Origin: a virus
Taxonomy: Duplodnaviria; Caudoviricetes
Virus record (IMG/VR): IMGVR_UViG_3300023270_000004
Coordinates: 1-41,398 of that record
Length of the DNA stretch: 41,398 bases
Direction: 5' to 3' (one strand)
Made by a program: the position numbers and the translations under genes. Below, in pieces: positions 8,188-15,903 of this stretch. The notes below the pieces were generated by a model. The model searched no databases. It had not been told where the DNA came from and saw only the letters and a list, made by a program, of their open reading frames with translations. Positions within the stretch are counted from its first letter, which is position 1. Every line of letters starts with the position of its first letter.

Positions 8188-8744
8188 CGGTTGCGCCTTT
8201 CATGCCGGCGGGCCTTCTTGTTGAAGACGCGCTGCAGGCGCTGGAGGTACTCGACGGAGTAGTCGACGACTTGGTTCTGCGCCATCAGCCAGTCGACCTT
8301 GTCGGCGCCGATGAGCGCAACGAGCCGGGGGCGGTACTCGATGATGTTGCCGCTGCGGAACTTGTTGCAGACGCTGCAGCCCTTGTGGATGTTCCAGAGG
8401 TTGAAGCGGACCGCGGAGGCGGCACCAACGCTGCGGAAGTGGGAGGCGTGCCACTGTCCATCCCAGGAGGCAGGGAGATCGCAGGAGCAGCAGCCGAGGT
8501 GGAAGTCCCGGGTGCGCACGTACCAGTTCACGGCAGCCTCGGCCTTCTTCAGCCAGTGCTGCTTCGGCTTGACGGCGTCGAGCTTGACCTTGTGCTCGCG
8601 GCGCTCCTTCAGCGCTGCCTTGGCGCGGGCCTTCTCCACCCGCTGCCTGGCGATCAGGGCGCCGTGCTCCGGGCTGCACCAGACCTCGAAGGGGCGGCGG
8701 GACTCGAAGCGCTCGGTGCAGCCGGGGGCTTTGCAGGTCTTCAT
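8184..8744 (-). CDS. ninG: NinG/Rap-like recombination endonuclease
   Basis: MKTCKAPGC...WCSPEHG; YVRTRD..LGCCSC; WHASHFRSVGAAS.VRFN.WNIHKGCSVCN..SGNIIEYR. Confidence 0.9.
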   Translation of the reverse strand: MKTCKAPGCTERFESRRPFEVWCSPEHGALIARQRVEKARAKAALKERREHKVKLDAVKPKQHWLKKAEAAVNWYVRTRDFHLGCCSCDLPASWDGQWHASHFRSVGAASAVRFNLWNIHKGCSVCNKFRSGNIIEYRPRLVALIGADKVDWLMAQNQVVDYSVEYLQRLQRVFNKKARRHERRNR

Positions 8745-9154
8745 GCCGGCACGTCCTCCGGGTATACCTCGACGCTCCGCTCGGCGGCCACCGCCTTCAG
8801 GAACTCGAGCCACTCGCTGAACCGGCGCTTGCCCATCTTGCTGGTGCGCATGCCGAGCATCACGACGCCACCATTCAGCCCGCGCGCGAGGCGCACCGTC
8901 TCGCCCTGGAATGCGGCCGTCAGCACGTCCTTCCACTCCTCGGGCTCCATCTGCACCATCTCGCCGTTGACCGGCCAGCGCAGCTGCTTGCTGAAGGCGT
9001 CGAGGTAGGGCCACTGCGCGGCGTTCTGGTCCAGCGTCCGGCCAACCTCCTGCAGCGTGAGCTTCCAGCCTGAGCCGACCAGCACTTCGGCCGCCTCGAA
9101 TGCGCGGCGCAGCACTGCCCGGTCGACCAGGAAGAACGTGCGCTTCTCGCTCAC
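8741..9154 (-). CDS. ninB: NinB/Orf-like recombination protein
   Basis: RTLDQNAAQW...EEWKDVLTAA...LGMRTSKM..FSEWLEFL. Confidence 0.9.
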   Translation of the reverse strand: MSEKRTFFLVDRAVLRRAFEAAEVLVGSGWKLTLQEVGRTLDQNAAQWPYLDAFSKQLRWPVNGEMVQMEPEEWKDVLTAAFQGETVRLARGLNGGVVMLGMRTSKMGKRRFSEWLEFLKAVAAERSVEVYPEDVPA

Positions 9155-9306
9155 AGGCAGGGCCTCCCCAGCCAGCGAACCAGCCCGACCACCGCGCGCT
9201 TGGCGATGACCAGCACCAGAATCCAGCCGAACAAGATCAGCAGCAGGATCGCCAGCAGCACGAAGCCGAGCAGCAGGCCGCCGTCGCAGAGTTCCTCGAA
9301 GGTCAC
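9151..9306 (-). CDS. Small single-TM membrane protein (51 aa)
   Basis: GTG start overlapping the upstream stop; long hydrophobic stretch LLLGFVLLAILLLILFGWILVLVIA. Confidence 0.55.
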   Translation of the reverse strand: MTFEELCDGGLLLGFVLLAILLLILFGWILVLVIAKRAVVGLVRWLGRPCL

Positions 9307-9797
9307 GCGATCACCTCGTGCCACTGCGCCGGCGCCAGGCCGGGCGGCTTTCGAGACCACGCGTCGGACGGCAGGACGCGCTGAACTGGCACCATGTCTT
9401 CGTCGAGCACCTTCGGCGCGCGCTTGCGCTGGGGCGCAGGCTTCTTCTCGACCCGCGGCGAGCGCACGTAGGGCTGCGGATCCGCGCCGCCGAACCGCGG
9501 CGAGCGCGACCGGTAGCTCCGCAGCGTCGCCCCGCCATCAGCGTCCGGGTGCGCGAACGGCGACGGCTGCCATGCGAAGCGGATCGAGTTCGGCCCCCTA
9601 CCGCTCGGCGGGCGGAGGTCTGTCGCGTCGACGTAGATCAGCCCGTGCTGGTGCATCTCCCGGATGTGGCGATACACCGTCTCGTCGCCGGTGCGGACGC
9701 CGAAGTACGCGCTGATCTCGGCGCGGGTGCGCGGGGCTTTCTGGAACATCTCGATCAACTCGCAGAGGCGAGCGACCGGCGAAATCTTGCGGGTCAT
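9303..9797 (-). CDS. Winged-HTH-like protein
   Basis: PRTRAEISAYFGV...TVYRHIREMHQHGLIYV pattern; coupled to the dnaC-like gene. Confidence 0.6.
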   Translation of the reverse strand: MTRKISPVARLCELIEMFQKAPRTRAEISAYFGVRTGDETVYRHIREMHQHGLIYVDATDLRPPSGRGPNSIRFAWQPSPFAHPDADGGATLRSYRSRSPRFGGADPQPYVRSPRVEKKPAPQRKRAPKVLDEDMVPVQRVLPSDAWSRKPPGLAPAQWHEVIA

Positions 9798-10615
9798 TGG
9801 GGTTGTCCTTCGGGTTGTGCTGCAGCCTTTCGCGCCGTCGGGCGGTAGCTCGCCCAGTCGAACGGCACCCAGCGCGTCGTTTCGGCCAGCCGGTCGAACG
9901 TCCGCTCACCGATGAAGGTCTTGAATCCGGCCTTGTCCTGGTTCGTCAGCAGCACCGTCGGCCGCACCTCGCGATACCGGCGGTCCAGCACGTCGAACAG
10001 CACCGTCTGCTCGCCGTCAGTGCCGTACTGCACGCCGACCTCGTCGATCACCAGCAGGTCCAGCTGCTCGAGGTGGCGCAGCACCTGCGTCTCGCTGCGC
10101 TCGCTGTCGCGCCGCCAGGTCTCGCGCACCGCCCGGATCACGTCCATGCAGGTCATGTAGGCGACGTTGCGCGGCAGCAGCGCCTGCAGGATCGCGGCGG
10201 CGAGGTGGCTCTTTCCGGTGCCGGGCATGCCGGCCAGCACCAGCCCGGCGCCGCGGCGCGCGTTGGCGGTGAAGTCCTCGGCGTACCCTCGAGCGACGGT
10301 GAGCGCGTGGCGCTGCGCGTCCGTCTCGGCGACGAAGTTCTCGAAGCTGCGGCCGATGAAGCGGGCCGGGATGCGCGCCGTCGTCAGCAACTGCTGGTGG
10401 CGCTGCTCGGCGCGCGCGCGGTCCTCGGCCTCGGTGGCGGCATCGCGCTGCGCGTGGCTGGCGGCCTCGCACTCCGGACAGTTCGACCAGACCCGGCCGA
10501 GGATGTTGCGACTGGTGAACGGCCCGTGCTCGGGGCACTTGGCATCGCGGTCGGGCTGCTTGGCGCCGAGCGCATCGGCGAGCGAGCGCGGCCCGGGTTC
10601 AGACGAGTGATCCAT
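9794..10615 (-). CDS. DnaC/IstB-like helicase loader ATPase
   Basis: Zn motif CPEHG...CPEC, IPARF..SFENF, Walker A GMPGTGKS, Walker B LLVIDEVG, ERTFDRL. Confidence 0.92.
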   Translation of the reverse strand: MDHSSEPGPRSLADALGAKQPDRDAKCPEHGPFTSRNILGRVWSNCPECEAASHAQRDAATEAEDRARAEQRHQQLLTTARIPARFIGRSFENFVAETDAQRHALTVARGYAEDFTANARRGAGLVLAGMPGTGKSHLAAAILQALLPRNVAYMTCMDVIRAVRETWRRDSERSETQVLRHLEQLDLLVIDEVGVQYGTDGEQTVLFDVLDRRYREVRPTVLLTNQDKAGFKTFIGERTFDRLAETTRWVPFDWASYRPTARKAAAQPEGQPQ

Positions 10616-11333
10616 CGGCTTCGACTCCGTCGCGGTAGTTTTTGGTGGAGAAGCCGGCGTGCTTGCCGGCGGCTTTGGTGCTGGCGCGCAGCACGCCCTG
10701 CAGGAATTCGACCGGCTGCAGCGCGCGCTCGTCGGCGCAGCGCTGGACCGCATCGATCACGGCTGCGTCGCCGTGGGTCTTGCGCATCAGGCCCAGCATC
10801 GAACGGGCGTTCTTCTCGCTGACGCCGGAGGCGGTGAGCATCGGCACGCCCCGACCGAAGATCAACTCGGCCGGATCGGCGTCGGCCGGCGGCTTGCCGC
10901 CCGAAGCGATAGCTTCGGAATGATTGGTGTCTGGTGTCTGGAGAGGGTTTGCTTTGGGTTCTTCAGGAAAACCACCTGGGTTATTTCCGGGTTTGCTTTG
11001 GGTTCCTGATTTCTTCGGTCGCCCGCCCAGCTTGCCAACCTCCTGGTTGTGCAGAACCTTCTTCTGGTAGCGCGCGATGTCGGCGTCGCACCGCTTCTGG
11101 TGCCAGCCGTCGGCGGCCAGCGTGAAGAACTCGCGCAGCACGCTCTCAACCGCGGCGCGCTGCTCGCGGCTCTGCGCGCGCACTAGCCGGCAGGCCTCGG
11201 GCACGTCGACCGGGATCGGCAGTTCCTTGCGGTAGTAGAGACGCATCAGGCGCGTGTAGGCCATGTCCTCCACCCACGACAGGTGCGACGTGTCCGCGTC
11301 GTAGTCGCCGATGTGGTGCTCGAAGTAGTTCAA
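10599..11333 (-). CDS. Replication initiator, YdaU/DUF1376 family
   Basis: NYFEHHIGDY..DT.HLS..E..AY.RL...YY..E N-terminus. TTG start overlaps the upstream stop. Adjacent to the DnaC-like gene and contains iterons. Confidence 0.88.
   Translation of the reverse strand: MNYFEHHIGDYDADTSHLSWVEDMAYTRLMRLYYRKELPIPVDVPEACRLVRAQSREQRAAVESVLREFFTLAADGWHQKRCDADIARYQKKVLHNQEVGKLGGRPKKSGTQSKPGNNPGGFPEEPKANPLQTPDTNHSEAIASGGKPPADADPAELIFGRGVPMLTASGVSEKNARSMLGLMRKTHGDAAVIDAVQRCADERALQPVEFLQGVLRASTKAAGKHAGFSTKNYRDGVEADGSLV
10925..11005. repeat. Putative replication origin iterons inside the initiator gene
   Basis: GGGTTTGCTTTGGGTTC at 10945-10961 and 10989-11005. GGGTT at 10945, 10956, 10978, 10989 and 11000 (11-bp phase). 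TGGTGTC tandem at 10925. Locally AT-richer. Confidence 0.75.
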
Positions 11334-11518
11334 GCCGTCTCCGATGAAGCTGCGGGCAGGATCGGGATGTACATCCGGTACTCCGGTCCGCAGTGGTCAA
11401 TGAACACCGTGCCCTCGGTCGAGTTATCGACGGCGGCGTAACGCTGGCAGGTTCCGTGGAGGTGGCAGCACGTGCCGAAGCAGGCAGTGCGGTCGGTGGG
11501 CCATGTGGCGTCGTTCAT
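11330..11518 (-). CDS. Small Cys/His-rich protein (62 aa)
   Basis: MNDATWPTDRTACFGTCCHLHGTCQRY; coupled overlaps on both sides. Confidence 0.6.
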   Translation of the reverse strand: MNDATWPTDRTACFGTCCHLHGTCQRYAAVDNSTEGTVFIDHCGPEYRMYIPILPAASSETA

Positions 11519-11727
11519 GCGGCGGCTTTCAGTGCGCGCCGTGCCGCGCGCTTCGCATTGCAGGCCGCGCAGCAGCCGACCTTCGCGCCGCCCAGGTTCA
11601 GGATCACCCAGCCGGCGGTCTGCAGCACGTGGTGCTGGCCGATGAAGCAATTCCGCGTCATCGCCAGGCCAGTGCCGGCCTGGCGGAATGCGGCCAGGCC
11701 GCGGGACAGGCTGTCGTCGCTGCTCAC
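11515..11727 (-). CDS. Small Cys-containing protein (70 aa)
   Basis: CFIGQHH...CCAAC; GTGA/ATGA coupling. Confidence 0.55.
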   Translation of the reverse strand: MSSDDSLSRGLAAFRQAGTGLAMTRNCFIGQHHVLQTAGWVILNLGGAKVGCCAACNAKRAARRALKAAA

Positions 11728-12062
11728 CGGCTGAACTCCACCTGGCGGCGCGGAGCCATGACATCGGCCTTCGGGAGCGCGTTGCGTGCCTCTTCAGTTG
11801 CGTCGAGACCAGGCAGCGGGCGCAACACCGAATCGCTGATCGAGTCACCCAGAGCGGTCAACTCTCTCCCGTTGACGCGGAACTTGATGCTGACCGGATC
11901 GATGAGCCATTCGCCATCAGCGTCAAGCTGGACGCATCGAACGATCCGGCCAACCATCGCCTTGCGCAGCTGCAACGACACTTCGTCGGGCACTGGTCGA
12001 TCGGTCTCGGCGAAGCGCGGAATCATCACGACGATCGCGAGGTCGTTGGGCTTGCAGTTCAT
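11724..12062 (-). CDS. Hypothetical phage protein (112 aa)
   Basis: MNCKPNDLAIVV...GRIVRC...DSVLRPL, a pattern seen in betaproteobacterial prophages; coupled to the cII-like gene. Confidence 0.7.
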   Translation of the reverse strand: MNCKPNDLAIVVMIPRFAETDRPVPDEVSLQLRKAMVGRIVRCVQLDADGEWLIDPVSIKFRVNGRELTALGDSISDSVLRPLPGLDATEEARNALPKADVMAPRRQVEFSR

Positions 12063-12451
12063 GCTGCAGCCCTCCCCGACAGCGCTTCGGTCAGCACGCG
12101 CTTGTCGTGCAGCAGCATCTCGTTCGCTTCCTTCAGCTCGCGGATCTGGCGCTCGAGCTCGGTCTCCTGGCGGCGCAGGCTCGCGAGGTCGTAGCCGCGC
12201 GCATGCAGCATCCAGAGCAGCGGCGCGTCGTTGCCGCATTCGTCCATCAGCGCGATGAACTTCTCCCACTTGATGCCTTCGACGTCGTCCGTCCAGCGGG
12301 AGAACTGCGCCTTGTCGGTCTTCAGGCGGCTCTGCACCTCCTTCGGCTCCAAGCCGGCGGCCTTCGCGCAGAGGCTGATTGCGCCGCCCAGCGACTTCTC
12401 GCGAGCGACCTCCTGGATGGTGATTTCAGAGGGGAAACCAAGCTGGTTCAT
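12059..12451 (-). CDS. CII-like transcriptional regulator
   Basis: HTH-like segment (GLEPKEVQSRLKTDKAQFSRW), CGNDAPLLWM motif, C-terminal coiled coil. Downstream of cro; SD GAGG. Confidence 0.65.
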   Translation of the reverse strand: MNQLGFPSEITIQEVAREKSLGGAISLCAKAAGLEPKEVQSRLKTDKAQFSRWTDDVEGIKWEKFIALMDECGNDAPLLWMLHARGYDLASLRRQETELERQIRELKEANEMLLHDKRVLTEALSGRAAA

Positions 12452-12465
12452 CAACTGGCCTCGAT

Positions 12466-12822
12466 TCATTTGAGAGCGGTTGAGCGGCTCGCGGGGGCAA
12501 AACTGCGAGGCATGACGAACAAAGATTTCGAATGGGCGCGCATCTCGGTGCGCAGGTTGCTGAAGCGGCTCATGGAGCGGCTGGCCGACGAGCACGAGCG
12601 CGCTGCAGTCGAGCTGCGCAGGGCCGCCAAATGAGGCTCACGCGCAAAAACTGCCAGCACTCCCCCATAGGGGCGAAGCCGTTGACCGGCACCGTTTACC
12701 GGCGCATGCTGGGTCTCAGGCACCACCTTGGCGCCAGGGGAGATTTCATGGGCAAGACCCATCACGGCACCGGGCAGGTGCTGCAGTTTCGGCGTGGCCG
12801 CGCGCATGCTCCGCGGCCTCAC
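12466..12822 (-). CDS. Possible hypothetical protein downstream of cro
   Basis: GTGA overlap with the cro stop and fills the gap, but composition is atypical. Confidence 0.3.
   Translation of the reverse strand: MRPRSMRAATPKLQHLPGAVMGLAHEISPGAKVVPETQHAPVNGAGQRLRPYGGVLAVFAREPHLAALRSSTAARSCSSASRSMSRFSNLRTEMRAHSKSLFVMPRSFAPASRSTALK
12512..12634 (+). CDS. Possible small antisense helical protein (40 aa)
   Basis: MTNKDFEWARISVRRLLKRLMERLADEHERAAVELRRAAK. AAAACT hexamer 7 nt upstream; amphipathic helix with normal codon usage. Confidence 0.4.
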   Translation: MTNKDFEWARISVRRLLKRLMERLADEHERAAVELRRAAK

Positions 12823-13025
12823 TCGACGGCGACCTGCGCCGCGCCGATGTGCGGAGCGAAGGCCCGCACGGTCTCGATGCCGGGCGACGCCGTCTCGCCC
12901 GACGCCACCTTGCGCAGCGTGTGGAACGGCACACCCGACAACTCGGCCAGCCGCTGCAGTTGCGAGGTGGCGAGCGGGGCAAGTGCCGCCCGGATTTCTT
13001 CAGAACTGGGCACGGTGATGTTCAT
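12819..13025 (-). CDS. cro: Cro-like HTH repressor (68 aa)
   Basis: LQRLAELSGVPFHTLRKVASGETASPG HTH; divergent from cI; first gene of the lytic promoter. Confidence 0.8.
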   Translation of the reverse strand: MNITVPSSEEIRAALAPLATSQLQRLAELSGVPFHTLRKVASGETASPGIETVRAFAPHIGAAQVAVE

Positions 13026-13033
13026 GGACACGG

Positions 13034-13077
13034 ATCGTACCGGTTCCGGTAAGCAATGTCTACCGGTTTCGGTAAAG
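13034..13077 (-). promoter_or_regulatory. PR-like promoter TAGACA-N17-TACGAT with two operators
   Basis: -35 at 13062-13057 and -10 at 13039-13034. Operators TACCGGTTCCGGTA at 13038-13051 and TACCGGTTTCGGTA at 13061-13074. Confidence 0.8.
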
Positions 13078-13086
13078 CAGTCCGCA

Positions 13087-13092
13087 TACCCT
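13087..13092 (+). promoter_or_regulatory. PRM-like -10 (TACCCT) for leaderless cI mRNA
   Basis: Hexamer 6 nt upstream of ATG 13099, no SD. The -35 position falls within operator 13061-13074. Confidence 0.55.
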
Positions 13093-13098
13093 CTCGCC

Positions 13099-13500
13099 AT
13101 GCCGAAAAGCGGAGCCAAGGCCATCCTGATGGACAACGTCAAGCTGCTGATGACCAGCCGCTATGGCGGGGTCAACATCAGCCGCTTCGGGCAGGACACC
13201 GGACTGAGCAACGGAGGGACGCAGCGCGTTCTGGATCCCGACAGCGACATCCGCGTGGAGCAGCTGAGCAAGATCGCGAACACCTTCGGGATTGAGCCGT
13301 GGCAGCTCCTGGCGCCAAACCTGGGCCAGTCCATGCTGCTGTCGCCGGCGGAGGTGGATGCAATCCGGAAGATCCGCGATCCACTGCAGCCCAAGACCGT
13401 CGGCGCCGATGCTTCGAACGGGGCCGCCAAGCCGGCGCCGAAGGTGCTGCTCGACCAGCAGATGCCGACCGCTCAGCCCGGCAAGAAGGTGGCGCGATGA
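13099..13500 (+). CDS. cI: CI-like immunity repressor (XRE HTH, no S24 peptidase domain)
   Basis: NISRFGQDTGLSNGGTQRVL...IRVEQLSKIANTFGIEPWQLL XRE fold; 133 aa; divergent from cro between operator pairs. Confidence 0.8.
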   Translation: MPKSGAKAILMDNVKLLMTSRYGGVNISRFGQDTGLSNGGTQRVLDPDSDIRVEQLSKIANTFGIEPWQLLAPNLGQSMLLSPAEVDAIRKIRDPLQPKTVGADASNGAAKPAPKVLLDQQMPTAQPGKKVAR

Positions 13501-13742
13501 AGTCGCCGTTCATCCTGGTTCCGGACACCGTGTCGACCGATACCGTCGAGTGCCTCGAGCTGCTGCTGAGCCGCGCACGCCGCGGCGAGGTGATCGGCTT
13601 GGCCTACGCCGCCATGCTGAAGAAGCGGGCCTACATCGTGAACACGGCCGGCTCAGCCCACGAGAGCCCGACCTTCGCCCGCGGGATGTTGCGAGCCCTC
13701 GACGACCAGCTGGGCCAGCGGATCACAGGCGGCAGCCCCTAG
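13497..13742 (+). CDS. Hypothetical protein co-transcribed with cI (81 aa)
   Basis: MKSPFILVPDTVSTDTVECLELLLSRARRGEVIGLAYAAM...; ATGA overlap with cI; followed by a terminator. Confidence 0.8.
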   Translation: MKSPFILVPDTVSTDTVECLELLLSRARRGEVIGLAYAAMLKKRAYIVNTAGSAHESPTFARGMLRALDDQLGQRITGGSP

Positions 13743-13768
13743 CTTCACAGGAGAATCGCCGACGGACC

Positions 13769-13792
13769 AGCCCGCCGCGCGCGGGCTTTTTC
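13769..13792 (+). terminator. Intrinsic terminator of the immunity operon
   Basis: AGCCCGC-CGCGC-GCGGGCT followed by a T-run. Confidence 0.8.
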
Positions 13793-13819
13793 TCGTCCGG
13801 CCGGAACTGTTACATCTTC

Positions 13820-13863
13820 CTTTACCGAAACCGGTAGACACACCGTACCGTATTCGGTAAAGT
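13820..13863 (+). promoter_or_regulatory. PL-like promoter TAGACA-N17-TAAAGT with two operators
   Basis: -35 at 13835-13840 and -10 at 13858-13863. Operators TACCGAAACCGGTA at 13823-13836 and TACCGTATTCGGTA at 13846-13859. Confidence 0.8.
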
Positions 13864-13904
13864 TCTCTTCACCGCAGCCCCTCACCGCTGTGAAGGAGAT
13901 GGAG

Positions 13905-14312
13905 ATGGCAAGGGCACTCGGCACCGACGACAGCGTCACCACCTGCGACTGCTGCGGCAAGGTCAACCTGAAGTTCACCGTGACGATGGAGTTGGACGAT
14001 GGCGAGATCGTCCACTACGGCTCGGTCTGCGCCGGCCGCAACACTGGCAAGACCCGGCCGCAGATCAACGCCGAGATCAAGTCCGAAGCGAAGCGCGTGC
14101 GCGACGCTGCCGATGCCGAATACCGCGCGTCCGCCGCCTTCGTCGCCTACCGCGACCGCCTCATCGAGCGCGATCGCCTGTCCTGGGATGACCCGCGCCG
14201 CATCGGCCGCAACGGCTTCGAGTTCGTGCGCGAGGCCTGCGACGCCGCTGACGCGGCCCGCGCGCTGATCGCCGCCAAGCATGGCCTGAAGGCATACGAG
14301 GTGCACGCATGA
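13905..14312 (+). CDS. Zn-binding early protein (CDCCGK...YGSVC)
   Basis: First PL gene; SD AAGGAG 6 nt before ATG 13905; Cys motif. Confidence 0.75.
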   Translation: MARALGTDDSVTTCDCCGKVNLKFTVTMELDDGEIVHYGSVCAGRNTGKTRPQINAEIKSEAKRVRDAADAEYRASAAFVAYRDRLIERDRLSWDDPRRIGRNGFEFVREACDAADAARALIAAKHGLKAYEVHA

Positions 14313-14536
14313 GCCTCCTCGACCACAAGAGCATGGACGGCCTGTCCGCCGAGCAGCAGGCCGCGAAGGCGATTAAGCACCTCCTGCAGCGCGTTAAGGC
14401 CGACGACCGCGTGTACTTCTTGATCGGCGCGGGCAGCCAGTCTTTCGACCTGCTGACCGAGGCCTACGCGACGCTGACCGGCAACGACCTCTCGGTGATC
14501 CGCAAGGAACTGATGTCGAAGGAGGCTGCATCGTGA
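14309..14536 (+). CDS. Hypothetical protein (75 aa)
   Basis: Coupled ORF with SD GAGG. Confidence 0.7.
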   Translation: MSLLDHKSMDGLSAEQQAAKAIKHLLQRVKADDRVYFLIGAGSQSFDLLTEAYATLTGNDLSVIRKELMSKEAAS

Positions 14537-14835
14537 GCACCGCCGTCCTCGAAATGCTGGAAGAGCGCATGGCCGGCCGCCCGCCGCACCTGCCGCCGCC
14601 GACGCGCCGCGAAGAAGCGCCGGAGCCGGTGCGGATGCGGACGTGGTCCGCCTACATCGCTCCGAAGTTCGGCGAGCCGGTGCTGGAGACGGTCGAGGCC
14701 ACCTGCCTCGAAGACGCGCGGACCAAGGCGCTCGCGGTGGGCAAGATGCTGTTCCGCTCGCTACCGTTCAACTTCAGCGTGCGCAGGGCGCCCACGTCTC
14801 CGCGGTTCGAGTCGGCCTTCGGTGAACTGGCATGA
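14533..14835 (+). CDS. Hypothetical protein (100 aa)
   Basis: GTGA coupling; SD AAGGAGG. Confidence 0.7.
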   Translation: MSTAVLEMLEERMAGRPPHLPPPTRREEAPEPVRMRTWSAYIAPKFGEPVLETVEATCLEDARTKALAVGKMLFRSLPFNFSVRRAPTSPRFESAFGELA

Positions 14836-15035
14836 GCACGGCACCGATCAGCGGCCGCGAGGCCAACGAGCAGGGCTTCTACCTGCGCGACTGCCCGTTC
14901 GACGAGGCCACATACGACTCAGCGTCTGCCGCCGCGCAATGGCGCTCCGACTGGAACGACGCGCAGATCGATCGCGAGATCTGGGAGGACGACAACTTCC
15001 ACCGCGCGCACGTGGCCACCGGGAGCACCTCGTGA
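14832..15035 (+). CDS. Small protein, weakly Rmf/CrpP-like
   Basis: GREANEQG...DCPF...AQWRSDW resembles the G..A..G...CP[YF]...W..GW pattern (by eye). Confidence 0.45.
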   Translation: MSTAPISGREANEQGFYLRDCPFDEATYDSASAAAQWRSDWNDAQIDREIWEDDNFHRAHVATGSTS

Positions 15036-15178
15036 GCCACACCCACGACGACGAGCAATCCCGCAGCGTCGAGCAGGCGCTCTACCAGCGCGACCTCTAC
15101 CGCTGGGCTCCAGCACCTGCACCACAACAACCACCGCGCGAGAACGCGCAACCGACCCCGAAAGGATCTGATCAATGA
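15032..15178 (+). CDS. Possible small protein (48 aa)
   Basis: GTGA and ATGA coupling fill the gap; SD GGGAG. Confidence 0.4.
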   Translation: MSHTHDDEQSRSVEQALYQRDLYRWAPAPAPQQPPRENAQPTPKGSDQ

Positions 15179-15903
15179 GCACGAAGAAGACGAAGGCTGC
15201 CGCGCCGGCCGCTGAAGCCACCCCGGTGATCGTTGCCTACAAGGGCTTCGACGCCAAGCTGCAGTGCCGTGGCATGCAGTACGCCATCGGTCAGACGGTG
15301 GTGCACGATGGTGCCGTCAAGGCCTGCTCCACCGGCCTGCATTCGTGCGAGAACCCGCTGGACGTGTTCGGCTACTACGAGCCCGGCACGAGCCGCTTTG
15401 CTCTTGTCGAAGCGTCTGGCGAGATCAGCCGCGAAGCCGGCGGCGACAGCAAGATCGCCTCGGCCAAACTGCACATCAAGGCCGAGCTGATGATCCCGGA
15501 ATTCATCCAGACGGCAATTGCGTGGGTCACTTCGCACTGCGTGCCGGCCGATGCACATCACGCGACCGGGGACAGATCAGCCAGCAGCGCGACCGGGTAC
15601 AGCTCGGCCAGCAGCGCGACCGGGGACAGCTCGGCCAGCAGCGCGACCGGGGACAGATCGGCCAGCAGCGCGACCGGGGACAGATCGGCCAGCAGCGCGA
15701 CCGGCATTGCCGCGGTCGCCATGAACATCGGTCGATTTGGCAAGTCGAAGGCCGGTGAAGGCGGCGCAATCGTGCTGTGCTACCACAACGACGATCTGTC
15801 GCTGCGCCACATCTTCAGCAGCAAGGTCGGTGACAACGGCATCAAGCCGGACGTGTTCTACACGTTGGACGAGAACGGCAAGCCTCAAGAGGTGTCCGCA
15901 TGA
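15175..15903 (+). CDS. Phage protein with 9-aa beta-solenoid repeats (DUF7666-like)
   Basis: AYKGFD..LQCRG.QY.IG...C..GLHSCENPLDVFGYY N-domain, ATGDRSASS repeats, C-terminal VGDNGIKPDVFYTL. Confidence 0.8.
   Translation: MSTKKTKAAAPAAEATPVIVAYKGFDAKLQCRGMQYAIGQTVVHDGAVKACSTGLHSCENPLDVFGYYEPGTSRFALVEASGEISREAGGDSKIASAKLHIKAELMIPEFIQTAIAWVTSHCVPADAHHATGDRSASSATGYSSASSATGDSSASSATGDRSASSATGDRSASSATGIAAVAMNIGRFGKSKAGEGGAIVLCYHNDDLSLRHIFSSKVGDNGIKPDVFYTLDENGKPQEVSA
15562..15704 (+). repeat. 27-bp coding tandem repeat, about 5.3 copies
   Basis: GCGACCGGGGACAGATCRGCCAGCAGC-like units start at 15562, 15589, 15616, 15643 and 15670, with a partial copy at 15697. Confidence 0.9.

Noticed and set aside
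13805-13822. LexA box upstream of PL (CTGTTACAT...)
   Set aside because: Lacks the ACAG half-site at CTGT-N8-ACAG spacing.
15562-15704. CRISPR array or DGR repeat
   Set aside because: Contiguous in-frame coding repeats without spacers; no cas or reverse transcriptase gene seen in the genome.
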